A stretch of DNA of 64,000 bases from the NCBI GenBank assembly GCA_017479555.1, contig JAFVCB010000045.1:14358-78357 (forward strand), written 5' to 3'. The position numbers and the translations under genes were made by a program. How positions within the stretch are numbered: the first letter of the stretch is position 1; every line of letters starts with the position of its first letter. Positions 21,488 through 31,700 of this stretch are shown piece after piece. The notes under the pieces are model-generated. The model worked only from the letters and a program-made list of their open reading frames with translations. It searched no databases and was not told the DNA's origin. The DNA comes from Bacteroidaceae bacterium. Lineage in GTDB: Bacteria; Bacteroidota; Bacteroidia; Bacteroidales; Bacteroidaceae.

Positions 21488-21522
21488 CACGAGAGCCGAT
21501 CTGCTGCAGGTCGGCTCTCGTG
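21488..21522. repeat. 17-bp near-perfect palindrome
   Basis: cacgagagccgatctgc / gcaggtcggctctcgtg, one mismatch. Confidence 0.85.
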
Positions 21523-21569
21523 CTATATGTGCGCGCATAGGCATCGGTAGGAAACCACACCCAAGGTCG

Positions 21570-21685
21570 GAAGGAATTCATCACGATGACACGACGATTT
21601 CTTCACGATGATTTTGTCGCGTCATCACGATGATTTTGTCGCGTCATCACGATGATTTTGTCGTGTCATCGTGATGAAATCCTTC
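21570..21685. repeat. 22-bp tandem array enclosed by 26-bp inverted repeats
   Basis: tcacgatgattttgtcgcgtca x3 (21603-21668; third copy has one change); IR arms 21570-21595 and 21660-21685 with one mismatch. Confidence 0.95.
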
Positions 21686-21795
21686 GGCGTGGCTTTGTGG
21701 TGCAATCGCTGAGCAGTGCGCGATGGTGGTAATGCCTATCAGCTAACTGGCAGAATGGGCATGGAAACATTGCTGGCCAGTAGGGTGCAAAAGAA

Positions 21796-21873
21796 TTGGG
21801 GCATCTGAGGAGTGAGGCTTGGCGCTGTGCGGCTGCACTGCGCAGGTGTGCATTCACTCATCAAATGCCCCAA
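21796..21873. repeat. 20-bp imperfect inverted repeat (possible terminator of the 928-aa gene)
   Basis: ttggggcatctgaggagtga / tcactcatcaaatgccccaa, 2 mismatches. Confidence 0.7.
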
Positions 21874-21890
21874 CAATGAGGCGGGTATGC

Positions 21891-24677
21891 TTATTTCACC
21901 ACAATCTTCTTGCCGTTATGGATGAACACGCCGGGCTGTGTGGGAGTGCTTGTAGGACGGCCCTGGAGGTCGTACCATGTACCTGTATTGCCCTCAGTGA
22001 TGCGTATCTGGTCTATAGCTGTGGGCAGAAGGATAGCGAGCGCGGCTGCCTCGGCTTCATCGCGGGTGAGATAGGCGGTATACGCGGGTAGCGCGCTTTC
22101 GGCACTGACAAAAGTGGATGTCTGGCTCAATACATAGGCTTCGCCAGCAGCGGGAGCGCCCTCGCTTCCCACGGTGGTGCGTTTAGCCACGCCTACGAGC
22201 AAGTTGTCGGCCACAGCATCGGATGCGCTCTCAGCGGGTGTGAGTACGAAGCGGCCAGGTGTGGCACTAATCAGGAGCACGGGCGTCTCGGCGGGTATCA
22301 CACGCGAGGTGAGCGGCTCGATAGTCACTGCGTCGGAGGTCTTCTCGGAGATAATCGCTGCCACGAGGTCTTCGGGCACTTGTGCGTCAAATGGCAGGAA
22401 GACTGTAGCCACGCAAGCATCGCCTACACCCTCTGTGTTGACTACGAAAGCCTCAATCGGCTCAATGCGCCACGATGCAGCCACGTCGGTGTTGCGTCCG
22501 CCGGTGGGCGTGCCCGAAGTGGAGAGGTTGAGGTAGCCAGTGCTGCCCGACGTACCATTGTCGCGGAGCGTCCACTGAGCAAGGTCCGTGCTGAAGTTAG
22601 CCAATGCGTAGGAGTGATTGCCAGGTGCGGCAACGACGGTGGCCTGTCGGGTGCCAGAGGTAACGCCTAAGAAACCGCCGTTCTCGGGGTTAAGCACGTA
22701 GTAGCTGCCCGTAGAACCCACAGGAAGCAAGCGCCAGAGTGCTGCGCGGGCATCGTCAGTCTTGGCAGCCACAGTGGCTGTGGCGGCATCCACGTCGGCG
22801 GTGAGCACCGTGCCGTCGTTGGCTACGATGCGGTAGAGCTGGTCGCGTACGATGGCGACGGGACTCGTCTCTTGACGGAACGCGTTGTAGGCCTGGCGCA
22901 GGTTGTCGAACGCAGCTTCGGTGAGCGTATAGTCATCAGCGGCAGCGACCAGTTCGTGAGCATCAGTGATGGGATATTGTCCGACTGCCGTACCCATATT
23001 AGCGGCTACGGTGGCAGCATATTCGGTCATCACCTCAGCGGCTTCGCTGATGATAACAGCGGTGGTGGCATCCATCACACTGAGCTTGTGCTGGGAATCG
23101 TCGCCAAGGTACACCACATTTTTTGTACCCACGGGCGAAACGTACCAAGTGCCTGCCTGCGAGCCGTTGCTGATGGCCCAATGCTCGAAGAGCCCATCCT
23201 TGATGAACGGCAGGTCGGTACTCTGTGGCTCACCTGCGAGGGAGAGAGAGAAGTCTGCACCAGCGGCGCGATTGTATAGGCGGTAGCCCTCGACATTGTT
23301 GCCCACGAAGCACCATAGCGCGTCGTCGGTGAGCTGGTTGAGGGAGGTGTTGTTGAGCATGTAGTGTCCGTCGGCTTCGCGCTGCACTTGTATGTAGCGT
23401 CCACCTACTTGTAGGGTGTACCAACGTGTGGTGTCGGCAAAAGCTGTGCCATTGATGGTGGTCGGCACTACGGGCTGGCTACGCAGGTTGCGCTCATAGG
23501 TGACGCAAACTACCGTGGGCTCGGACACTACAGAGGGTGCAGTGCTTTCGCCATCGGCTGCCTTCGTGGTGAGACGCTTGTAGCCCGTGAAGGTAGGCGG
23601 TGTGACGCGGTTGGTGGTCTTCGCGTACGTCTGAATGTCCATCAGGCGTGTCACTTCGCCGTCTGTCTCGTAGCAGATATAGGTGATGGGGTAGTAGCGC
23701 TCCGAGTTGGTCAGCGTCACGGGAATGAGCTGATAGCGCGAGTTACCCTCGCTCTCGCCCCATCCTACGGGCTTGGCACTCTGCGCATTGATGTACTGCG
23801 AGGAGGCAGAGCTGTAGAGATTGAAACTACCTGTGGTGCTGCTGGCGGTGATGGTGAACGTGGTAGGTTCAGTGCCTGTCAGCACGTTGCTGCTGGAGAG
23901 TCCAGAGATGTAGTTGCCTTCTATGCCCGTCTCGATGACCCACTGGCTACCAGCCTTGTGGAATGTGAAGACGTAGGGCATGGCTGTGATATTGTTTCGA
24001 GCGGGAGCAGAACTGCCGAAGGTCAGTGCGCTACCTTCGTCGTAGGCATATTTGGAAAAACCTGTGCTGTAGAGCAGATAGGCGTTGCCGTCTACGAGGT
24101 CGCTCAGAGCGGTGATGCGCGTGCCGATGCTGGAGATGACGGGCACGGTGGCAGCCTGAGTCACAGAGAGCCACACAGCGGCCTGTATCTTGGTGATATG
24201 CGCCTCGCTGAGGTCGCCCGCTTCTTCGAAAGAGAAGGCATCGGGCTGTGTGGCGCTCTCGCTCTGAAGGAGTACGTCTCCCTCAGAGTTTGAGGCAAGA
24301 CCGATGACGCTGCCCGCAGTGTATACGTACCACGACTGTGCATCCGTGGCAGCAAGGAGATAAACGGGCGAAGCGGCTTCTGTGAGCGGGCAAGCTCCGT
24401 CGGCAGCTGTGAGGAAAGTGCTGTCTTTGAGATTGTAAAGGAAGTAGGCTTCAGCCTTCTCGTTGTAGACCACGGCCCAGCGATAAGCATCGTTGGCGGT
24501 GGGGGCTGCACTGGCATCGGCGTAGGCTTTGCCAGCTTGTGCATACAGATAGCCCCTGTCTCCCACACGTACATAGTAGGACTTGGTGCCTACGAGGTCG
24601 GAGAGCGAAGTCACACTACCCGCGAGGGCAGACAGCGTGACGCAGAGGGATAAGAGTACAAAGAAATATCGTTTCAT
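21891..24677 (-). CDS. Secreted multi-module surface protein (beta-trefoil-like repeats, T9SS-type C-terminus), no catalytic domain recognised
   Basis: Signal peptide; repeated Y.(I/L)....W.....Y.LYN modules; C-terminus TAIDQI...WYDLQGR...PGVFIHNGKKIVVK. Confidence 0.7.
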   Translation of the reverse strand: MKRYFFVLLSLCVTLSALAGSVTSLSDLVGTKSYYVRVGDRGYLYAQAGKAYADASAAPTANDAYRWAVVYNEKAEAYFLYNLKDSTFLTAADGACPLTEAASPVYLLAATDAQSWYVYTAGSVIGLASNSEGDVLLQSESATQPDAFSFEEAGDLSEAHITKIQAAVWLSVTQAATVPVISSIGTRITALSDLVDGNAYLLYSTGFSKYAYDEGSALTFGSSAPARNNITAMPYVFTFHKAGSQWVIETGIEGNYISGLSSSNVLTGTEPTTFTITASSTTGSFNLYSSASSQYINAQSAKPVGWGESEGNSRYQLIPVTLTNSERYYPITYICYETDGEVTRLMDIQTYAKTTNRVTPPTFTGYKRLTTKAADGESTAPSVVSEPTVVCVTYERNLRSQPVVPTTINGTAFADTTRWYTLQVGGRYIQVQREADGHYMLNNTSLNQLTDDALWCFVGNNVEGYRLYNRAAGADFSLSLAGEPQSTDLPFIKDGLFEHWAISNGSQAGTWYVSPVGTKNVVYLGDDSQHKLSVMDATTAVIISEAAEVMTEYAATVAANMGTAVGQYPITDAHELVAAADDYTLTEAAFDNLRQAYNAFRQETSPVAIVRDQLYRIVANDGTVLTADVDAATATVAAKTDDARAALWRLLPVGSTGSYYVLNPENGGFLGVTSGTRQATVVAAPGNHSYALANFSTDLAQWTLRDNGTSGSTGYLNLSTSGTPTGGRNTDVAASWRIEPIEAFVVNTEGVGDACVATVFLPFDAQVPEDLVAAIISEKTSDAVTIEPLTSRVIPAETPVLLISATPGRFVLTPAESASDAVADNLLVGVAKRTTVGSEGAPAAGEAYVLSQTSTFVSAESALPAYTAYLTRDEAEAAALAILLPTAIDQIRITEGNTGTWYDLQGRPTSTPTQPGVFIHNGKKIVVK

Positions 24678-24775
24678 AACCTGCTAATGTCGTTTAGTAA
24701 ATGGTGAGTCCAAAGTTGTAAAGAACTTCACCGTGATGATTCAGTATGGACAAAATGATGTCTATGAGCTTTGAT

Positions 24776-27340
24776 TTATGGTTCGTAGCACTTCACGCGT
24801 GTGCCATCATAGCCCACAGCCATGATATAGGCGGGTGTTGTACTCTCAGAAGAGGTTTTCCAGATGACATAGGTGTAGCGGTCGCTACCCTGTGTGTCGC
24901 CCAGTCCAAACATGGTGGCGTGGAGCAGATTGCCCTCGGCATCGTAGGTTTCGTAGCCTACAGCACCCTTCCAAGCATGATTGTCAACCTTGACTACAGC
25001 GTGGCCATTGAGCGTCGTAGCGGTGCATCCTGTACCAGCGGGGAGCAAGGCATCGAGCTTGATGTTGTCGCGGAAGATGTGCATGTTGTATGCATTCATG
25101 TAGACAAGCTCTGCGGGTACTTCGGGATAGTCCTTACGCGTGATGGTGTTGCGTGCAGAGTTGATCATGCTGCGTGTGATGGTGAGGTAACCGCTTGTGT
25201 AGTCGTCGATAGGCACATTGCTCATCACGGTGAGCATACCCGCTTTCTCGAAGAAGGGGAAGAAGTTCAGCTCAGCCGTGTTGGATATTTCTTTGAAGAA
25301 GTTCAAGCGTTTGTTGGCATCGGTAGCAGAGGTGAGCGAGGCCGTGGTGCGTATCTTCTCAAAGTAGTCGGGGAAAGCGTTGTAGGCTTTCTCGGCTGCC
25401 ATGGTGTAGAGTACCATTTGCCACAGAGGAACTAAGCAGACAAAGTGGTCGATGGTGGTGTTGCCAAACTCGGTCTCGGTCTGCCAGTGATAGGTGGTAG
25501 ACAGGTTTTTCACCACGTCCATGTTGAGGAAGTTCTGCATGCGTCCGCCGCGCACGCTACCTATGATACAGTTGATTCTCTCGTCTTCCAAACGGAGTTG
25601 CGACCAGGGGAGTTTGTATTGCACCCATGCGGAGTAGATATTGTTGGTGACCTCTGTCATACCAACCCACTTGAATGCGTTGAGCTGGTTGTTGTGTCCC
25701 AACTCGTGGGCCAAGCCCCAAGATTCGAGACCGATAGGAGATACCCAACCTCCGAAAGAACTCCAAGCGCAGTTTGCGCCTTCGCTATTGGCAAAGAGGC
25801 CAGACCTTACGGGACGTACGAACTGGTGGTTCTTAGGTGCGCGACCGTGCTGAAAGAGTCCCATCACCTCCCATTCGCGCCACACCACGCTGTCGAGCTT
25901 CTGAGCCAGCTCGTAGCCACGTGCGGGACATTGCGCTTTCAAGGCAAAGAGGGGAGCAACCACGTGTACACGAGGAGTGATGATGTCCAGCACACCAGCC
26001 TCAGCATTGGCCAAGAGTTTCTTCCATTTCTCGTTGTCGTCGGTGTCGAGATTGAAATACCCGTTTTGGCGACCATAGAGGAAGTGTAGCTTCACGGGAG
26101 CTGCTGTGGCGTAGTCTGTGCGATAGTTAAGCACATAGCTTGTTCCCTTATTGGTCACAGTGAATACGTTCAAACCATCGTGGAGCGTGTATTTGGAGCT
26201 AACGCCCATCTCGTCGTCGAGTACCAAACTGTAGACTTCAAGCTGCACGTTGCTGCTGCCAATGCCGCTGGCTACGATGGCTACCTTCTCGCCAGCATGG
26301 AAAGAGATGCCGGTGGGATTTTCGTGGGCGTCGTAGTAAGCACTGGTCTTGAGCTCGGCTTGTAGGTTGACGATGGGGCGATAGGCTTCATACGAACCTA
26401 CGCGATACTCCATATCGTAGTTGCCGTCGAAGATGTCTTGTGCCAGTCTGCGTGCTAAAGGATTCTCTACGGCATCGATGTCGCCCTGTGTCACGGTGGG
26501 CTTCAATGTCGTATAGAGTTCGTCGCCGAAAAGTTCAAAGCCGCCCTCTTGCGCACCACTGTCGTCGAGGAATGTAATCTCAGCGGCGGAGATGTAGCTT
26601 TGGTAGCCAGCCGTTACGCTGATGCGCACGGCTTTCACGTCGTCCACACCCTCTGCACCGAAGGAATAGGTCTTCTGCGAGTCGTCGTTCTCATAGTTGG
26701 CAGAGCCATGCTCGAGGAAAGCTGTGCCATTGGTGCTGGTGCTGACTGTGATGCTCTTGAACACACCCGTACCGTTGCCGCGCGGGGTGTAGATGATGCG
26801 ATTGAGGTGTTGAGGCTCAGCAAACGTGAACGTGAGCGTGACAGGAAAGGTGGTGGAGCTACTCCATGTGCTGTGGTAGTAGGTGGAGTTGTTTCCATCA
26901 ATCGCGTTGGTGATGGGGGCGTTCTCACTTCTGCTTTCAGAAGATGAAGCTGTGGCGCTTGCCACTTTCACTTGTCCTCCGCCGACCGACACAAAGGGTG
27001 TGGCCTCTTGGGTGAGAACAATGACTTTCGTTGTTCCCCCACTGGTGATAGCGAGGTTGGCGGTGCGAGCCTCAGCATTATTTTGCTCAAACTGGAGGTT
27101 CAGACCGTCGGCAGCTTTTGTTGGTGTCACCCAGTCGGCATCAACCGTAAAGGTGTAGTCAGTGCCGCCGATACCTAACTTGAGGGTTTGTGCGGCAAAC
27201 GAGACTGTGCGAGTGGTGCCACCTGCAACAAATATCGATGCGTTCACCGATGGGACAGGTGTTTGTGCCATGACAACCTGCATGGGCAGGATGGCCATGA
27301 GGACAAGGATGTACACCATGTGGCTTAGTTTAGTTTTCAT
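24776..27340 (-). CDS. M60-like metallo-glycopeptidase (BACON, CBM32/F5-8, M60 domains)
   Basis: DADWV..N.AEARTA.L....Q (BACON); NAIDGNNSTYYHS..YTPR..AAEI (F5/8); ENPTGI; WGLAHELGH followed by EVTNN (gluzincin). Confidence 0.9.
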   Translation of the reverse strand: MKTKLSHMVYILVLMAILPMQVVMAQTPVPSVNASIFVAGGTTRTVSFAAQTLKLGIGGTDYTFTVDADWVTPTKAADGLNLQFEQNNAEARTANLAITSGGTTKVIVLTQEATPFVSVGGGQVKVASATASSSESRSENAPITNAIDGNNSTYYHSTWSSSTTFPVTLTFTFAEPQHLNRIIYTPRGNGTGVFKSITVSTSTNGTAFLEHGSANYENDDSQKTYSFGAEGVDDVKAVRISVTAGYQSYISAAEITFLDDSGAQEGGFELFGDELYTTLKPTVTQGDIDAVENPLARRLAQDIFDGNYDMEYRVGSYEAYRPIVNLQAELKTSAYYDAHENPTGISFHAGEKVAIVASGIGSSNVQLEVYSLVLDDEMGVSSKYTLHDGLNVFTVTNKGTSYVLNYRTDYATAAPVKLHFLYGRQNGYFNLDTDDNEKWKKLLANAEAGVLDIITPRVHVVAPLFALKAQCPARGYELAQKLDSVVWREWEVMGLFQHGRAPKNHQFVRPVRSGLFANSEGANCAWSSFGGWVSPIGLESWGLAHELGHNNQLNAFKWVGMTEVTNNIYSAWVQYKLPWSQLRLEDERINCIIGSVRGGRMQNFLNMDVVKNLSTTYHWQTETEFGNTTIDHFVCLVPLWQMVLYTMAAEKAYNAFPDYFEKIRTTASLTSATDANKRLNFFKEISNTAELNFFPFFEKAGMLTVMSNVPIDDYTSGYLTITRSMINSARNTITRKDYPEVPAELVYMNAYNMHIFRDNIKLDALLPAGTGCTATTLNGHAVVKVDNHAWKGAVGYETYDAEGNLLHATMFGLGDTQGSDRYTYVIWKTSSESTTPAYIMAVGYDGTRVKCYEP

Positions 27341-27442
27341 AGTGAAGTATTATATAATATTGTATAACATACTTTGTGGGTCGGGCGGTGCAAAGCGAAC
27401 TCGCTGGTGACTTTGCTCCTGTTGTGCGTGGCTTTGGGAGAC

Positions 27443-29047
27443 TTACTGCTGCGATTTGATGACTTCCAATCCGCGCATCACAATGTCGCTTCGGTTGTTG
27501 ACGAAGTGGAAGTATTCGTTGCGGTCCCAAACGTTGTACACGATTTGTGCTTTAACGAAGAAAGTGAGATAGTCCATCGTGGCATTGAGCTCTTTCTTGT
27601 TCGCAGGCACGATGTCCTTGGCTTTGGCCTCTTCGAGTATGGTGTTGATGAGTTCTTGTGGGACTACGAACCGTTTTTCAAAGTCGGCGTAGGTGGGATA
27701 GCGCGAAAGAAGTACGTTGCGGTTGTTGATGCTATAGCGCAACACGCTGTTTACCAGCACATCGCTGCGACGTAGACGGCTGAAGAATGTGGTGACCTTG
27801 GTCGTGTCGAGCGGAACAAATACATCGGGCATGATACCCCCGCCGCCGTATACGGTGCGGCCTTGTGTCAATGTGTGGTAGACCAAAGTGCTGTCCAAAT
27901 GTATGCTGTCAATACATGAAAGTTCGCCGTGCGTATAGCGGTCTTCGACATCGTGGTCGTAATCTTCGCGCTTCCCTTTTTCGTAGGGCTTCTGTATGCA
28001 ACGGCCTGTGGGTGTATAGTAGTGCGCCACGGTCAGACGTATCATGGAGTTGTCGTTCAGAGGAATCGGACGTTGTACTAATCCTTTGCCAAATGTGCGT
28101 CGCCCTACAATGGTGGCGCGATCATAGTCTTGGAGTGCGCCGCTGACAATTTCGGAAGCGGAGGCCGTGTATTCGTCTACAAGCACCACAAGTTTGCCTG
28201 TGCGCATCAGGCCGCCAGGGCCTGTGGTATAGTTGCGGCGATTGGTGGCGCGGCCTTCTGTGTAGACCACTAATTTGCCTGCGTTCAGGAACTCACTGGC
28301 TACGTCAACTGCGGCATCAAGGTAGCCGCCTCCGTTCTGCTCTAAGTCGAGAATGAGGTCTGTCATGCCTTGGCTCTGCAAGGCCTTGATGGCTTTGCGA
28401 ATTTCTTCGCCTGTGTTTGCTCCAAAACGTTCCAGATGAATATATCCTATGCCAGGTTCTATCATATAGTATGCGTCGAGTGTAGGCATAGGTATTTGAG
28501 CGCGCACGATGGTGACGAACCATGGCTTCTTCACTCCTCTTCTGACAAGTCCCAAGCGCACACGTGTGCCTTCTTCACCACGGAGCTTCTTCATAATGGT
28601 GTCGCGAGGCATCTTCACTCCTGCGATGGGCTGGCCGTCAACGCTGATGATGCGGTCGCCAGGTTCTATGCCCGCTTTTTCGCTGGGGCCGTCTTTGGTG
28701 GCAAGGATGACCACTAAGGTGTCGTCGAGCATATTGAACTGAACACCGATGCCACCAAATCCACCTTGGAGCGGTTCGTTGAGGCGACGTGTCTCTTCTG
28801 CATCGGAATAGCTGCTGTGTGGATCTAACTCTTTGAGGATGCCCTCAATAGCATGTTCAACAAGGTCTCCGTCCGATACGGAGTCGACATACAAGTTAGC
28901 AATAGCGAGTATGGCGTATTGCAGTTTGTGCATCTCTTCTACATCAAAGTCAAAGCCGCTACGTCGTTGTGCGACAGTGTTTGTGGGTACGACTGCAATC
29001 AGCAGTAATGCCACAAGCCATTTCATATGGTCTAATATACGTTCCAT
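27443..29047 (-). CDS. C-terminal processing protease (S41, PDZ)
   Basis: LDPHSSY, GIGVQF PDZ, LDLEQNGGG, TASASEIVSGALQD, TFGKGLVQ. Confidence 0.93.
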   Translation of the reverse strand: MERILDHMKWLVALLLIAVVPTNTVAQRRSGFDFDVEEMHKLQYAILAIANLYVDSVSDGDLVEHAIEGILKELDPHSSYSDAEETRRLNEPLQGGFGGIGVQFNMLDDTLVVILATKDGPSEKAGIEPGDRIISVDGQPIAGVKMPRDTIMKKLRGEEGTRVRLGLVRRGVKKPWFVTIVRAQIPMPTLDAYYMIEPGIGYIHLERFGANTGEEIRKAIKALQSQGMTDLILDLEQNGGGYLDAAVDVASEFLNAGKLVVYTEGRATNRRNYTTGPGGLMRTGKLVVLVDEYTASASEIVSGALQDYDRATIVGRRTFGKGLVQRPIPLNDNSMIRLTVAHYYTPTGRCIQKPYEKGKREDYDHDVEDRYTHGELSCIDSIHLDSTLVYHTLTQGRTVYGGGGIMPDVFVPLDTTKVTTFFSRLRRSDVLVNSVLRYSINNRNVLLSRYPTYADFEKRFVVPQELINTILEEAKAKDIVPANKKELNATMDYLTFFVKAQIVYNVWDRNEYFHFVNNRSDIVMRGLEVIKSQQ

Positions 29048-29078
29048 AAAATGTTAGAGGGTTTATTGAGCTTTTGGT

Positions 29079-29525
29079 TTAGTCTGTTTGAGGTAAAAAG
29101 TCTTTGACATCTCGTCCGTAGTGAATGAGTTCGCGTACCACGCTGCTGCTTACCGAGGCGTATTCAGGTTCTGTGAGTAGAAGAATGGTCTCCACGTTGC
29201 CCAGTCGCTTGTTCATTGCAGCAACGTCTCGTTCGTACTCAAAGTCTTTGACGCTACGCAGGCCGCGTACGATGAACTTGGCACCCACTCGTTTGGCAAG
29301 GTCTATGGTCAGATCGTTGTAGCTACATACGTTGACGCGGGGTTCGTCCTTGTAGAGCTTCTGAATGTGTGCCACTCGCTGCTCTATGGGATAGAGTGAG
29401 TGTTTGCGCTCATTGACTCCAACGCCGATTACTATCTTGTCGAACAATGGTAGGGCGCGAGCCACGATACTCTCATGGCCTATGGTGAATGGGTCGAACG
29501 AACCAGGAAATACGGCTATCTTCAT
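29079..29525 (-). CDS. coaD: Phosphopantetheine adenylyltransferase
   Basis: FPGSFDPFTIGH, VRGLR..DFEYE, SSSVVRE. Confidence 0.97.
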   Translation of the reverse strand: MKIAVFPGSFDPFTIGHESIVARALPLFDKIVIGVGVNERKHSLYPIEQRVAHIQKLYKDEPRVNVCSYNDLTIDLAKRVGAKFIVRGLRSVKDFEYERDVAAMNKRLGNVETILLLTEPEYASVSSSVVRELIHYGRDVKDFLPQTD

Positions 29526-29581
29526 GTTGTTATTCTAAAGTGTGAGAGAGAATATGCCTGAGAGCGTATAGAAGAGAGGGT

Positions 29582-31567
29582 TTATGCCTCGCCTTCTTCT
29601 GCAAGGTCTTCTTCTACGCGCAGATTGTTGATGATGAATTGCTGACGATCCATGGTGTTCTTGCCCATATAGTATGCCATAAGTTCTCCAGGCTGATCGC
29701 TTTTGTGGAGCGTGACTTGTTCGAGTCGCATGTCTGCCCCTATGAAACCGCGAAATTCGTCAGGCGAAATCTCTCCCAGTCCTTTGAAGCGTGTTATCTC
29801 TGGGTCTGGGCCTAAGCGTTCTATGGCTTCTAAACGCTCGTCTTCGTTGTAGCAATAAGCCGTTTCGTATTCCACACGCTTAGAGCCTGTACCCTTGGCT
29901 CCCTTTTTCTTGTTGCGTACACGGAAAAGGGGAGTTTGTAGGATATATAGGTGTCCTTTCTTGATGAGTTCGGGGAAGAACTGCAAGAAGAAGGTAATCA
30001 TAAGCAAACGGATGTGCATGCCATCGACATCGGCATCGGTGGCCACAATGACTTTGTTGTAGCGCAATCCATCCAGTCCGTCTTCGATGTTGAGCGCGGC
30101 CTGTAGCAGGTTGAACTCTTCGTTTTCGTAGACTACTTTCTTGGTTAGCCCGTAGCAGTTGAGCGGTTTTCCGCGCAGTGAAAACACGGCTTGCGTGTTC
30201 ACGTCGCGGCTCTTTGTGATGCTTCCGCTGGCTGAGTCTCCCTCAGTGATGAATATGCTACTTGTGTCGCGCGGATCGTTGTCCTCGTTGAGCTCTTCGC
30301 CTTTTTTGAGCTTGGGAGCGGGGTCGTTGTAGTGTATTCTGCAGTCGCGCAACTTGCGATTGTGTAGATTGGCCTTTTTGGCACGTTCGCGAGCCAGTTT
30401 AGTGACTCCTGCGATGGCTTTGCGCTCCTTTTCGCTTTCCACTATCTTTTGGAGTATCACTTCTCCCACATCGGTGTGCATGTGCAGATAGTTGTCTACT
30501 TGCTCTTTGATGAAGTCGCCCACAAACTTGTTGACGCTCACACCGCTGAGATGGAAAGGCTTGCCATTCTTGTCTTTGTCGGGAGCCATTGTGAGCGAGC
30601 CGAGCTTAATCTTAGTTTGACTCTCAAACATGGGTTCGATGACACGAATGGCAATGGCCGCCACCAAACCGTTGCGCACATCGCCTGGCTCAAAGTTCTT
30701 GCTGAAATGCTCTTTGATGGTGCGTGCTATATGCTCTTTGAATGCACTCTGATGCGTGCCGCCCTGTGTGGTGTGCTGTCCATTGACGAAACTATAGTAT
30801 TCTTCGCCGTATTGTCCTGTATGGGTGAAAGCGATCTCTATGCCGTCGCCTTTGAGATGTATGATGTCGTATAGGCCAGGCGATGTCATGTTGTCGGTCA
30901 GGAGGTCTTTCAGTCCGTTTCTGCTCACGATGCGTCTCCCGTCGTGGTATATGCTCAGCCCTGTGTTGAGATAGGTGTAGTTGCGCAACATGTTGCTGAC
31001 GAACTCTTCTCGGAACCGATAGTGCAGGAACAGCGTGTCGTCGGGTGTGAAAGCGATGTAAGTGCCGTTCTCTTCTTCGGTCGCGCCACTGGTGTCGCTT
31101 TGGAGTTTTCCGCGCTCAAAAGTCACTTCTCTGTATTGTCCATCGCGATGAGTGCGTGCGGTAAAGGTGGACGAGAGGGCGTTCACGGCTTTCAAACCTA
31201 CACCATTGAGCCCCACGCTGGCGGTGTAGTTGTCGTTGTCAAACTTACCGCCTGTATTGAGTTGGGATACCACGTCTATCAGTTTGCCAGGAGGTATGCC
31301 ACGTCCGTAGTCGCGTATTGTGGCTCGCAGATTGTCTTCGATGCTTACTTCGATGCGTTTACCAAATCCCTCGTTGAATTCATCAATGCTGTTGTCTATC
31401 GTCTCTTTGAGCAATACGTAGATACCATCTTCGGCATGCGAGCCATCGCCTAAGCGTCCGATGTACATACCAGCGCGGGTGCGTACATGCTCCATGTCGT
31501 CCAGGTGACGTATGTTGTCCTCTGTATAGTCTGCTGCGTTGCGCAGGGGTTGTTGTTCTTCTGCCAT
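29582..31567 (-). CDS. parE: DNA topoisomerase IV subunit B
   Basis: [44 protein letters not shown]; Bacteroidetes ParE type. Confidence 0.92.
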   Translation of the reverse strand: MAEEQQPLRNAADYTEDNIRHLDDMEHVRTRAGMYIGRLGDGSHAEDGIYVLLKETIDNSIDEFNEGFGKRIEVSIEDNLRATIRDYGRGIPPGKLIDVVSQLNTGGKFDNDNYTASVGLNGVGLKAVNALSSTFTARTHRDGQYREVTFERGKLQSDTSGATEEENGTYIAFTPDDTLFLHYRFREEFVSNMLRNYTYLNTGLSIYHDGRRIVSRNGLKDLLTDNMTSPGLYDIIHLKGDGIEIAFTHTGQYGEEYYSFVNGQHTTQGGTHQSAFKEHIARTIKEHFSKNFEPGDVRNGLVAAIAIRVIEPMFESQTKIKLGSLTMAPDKDKNGKPFHLSGVSVNKFVGDFIKEQVDNYLHMHTDVGEVILQKIVESEKERKAIAGVTKLARERAKKANLHNRKLRDCRIHYNDPAPKLKKGEELNEDNDPRDTSSIFITEGDSASGSITKSRDVNTQAVFSLRGKPLNCYGLTKKVVYENEEFNLLQAALNIEDGLDGLRYNKVIVATDADVDGMHIRLLMITFFLQFFPELIKKGHLYILQTPLFRVRNKKKGAKGTGSKRVEYETAYCYNEDERLEAIERLGPDPEITRFKGLGEISPDEFRGFIGADMRLEQVTLHKSDQPGELMAYYMGKNTMDRQQFIINNLRVEEDLAEEGEA

Positions 31568-31700
31568 TAGTGTTGTTCAGTCTTATTCGGCGCGAAGTTA
31601 CAAAAAGATATAAAATTTCTTGGCCTTGTGACCTTGAAAAGGCTTTGGGTTACGACAGCCATGAGGTCTCTTATAGGCTCTGTTCTCTTGTGGTGTGCGC

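Noticed and set aside
21581-21668. Possible CRISPR array
   Set aside because: Head-to-tail 22-mers with no unique spacers.
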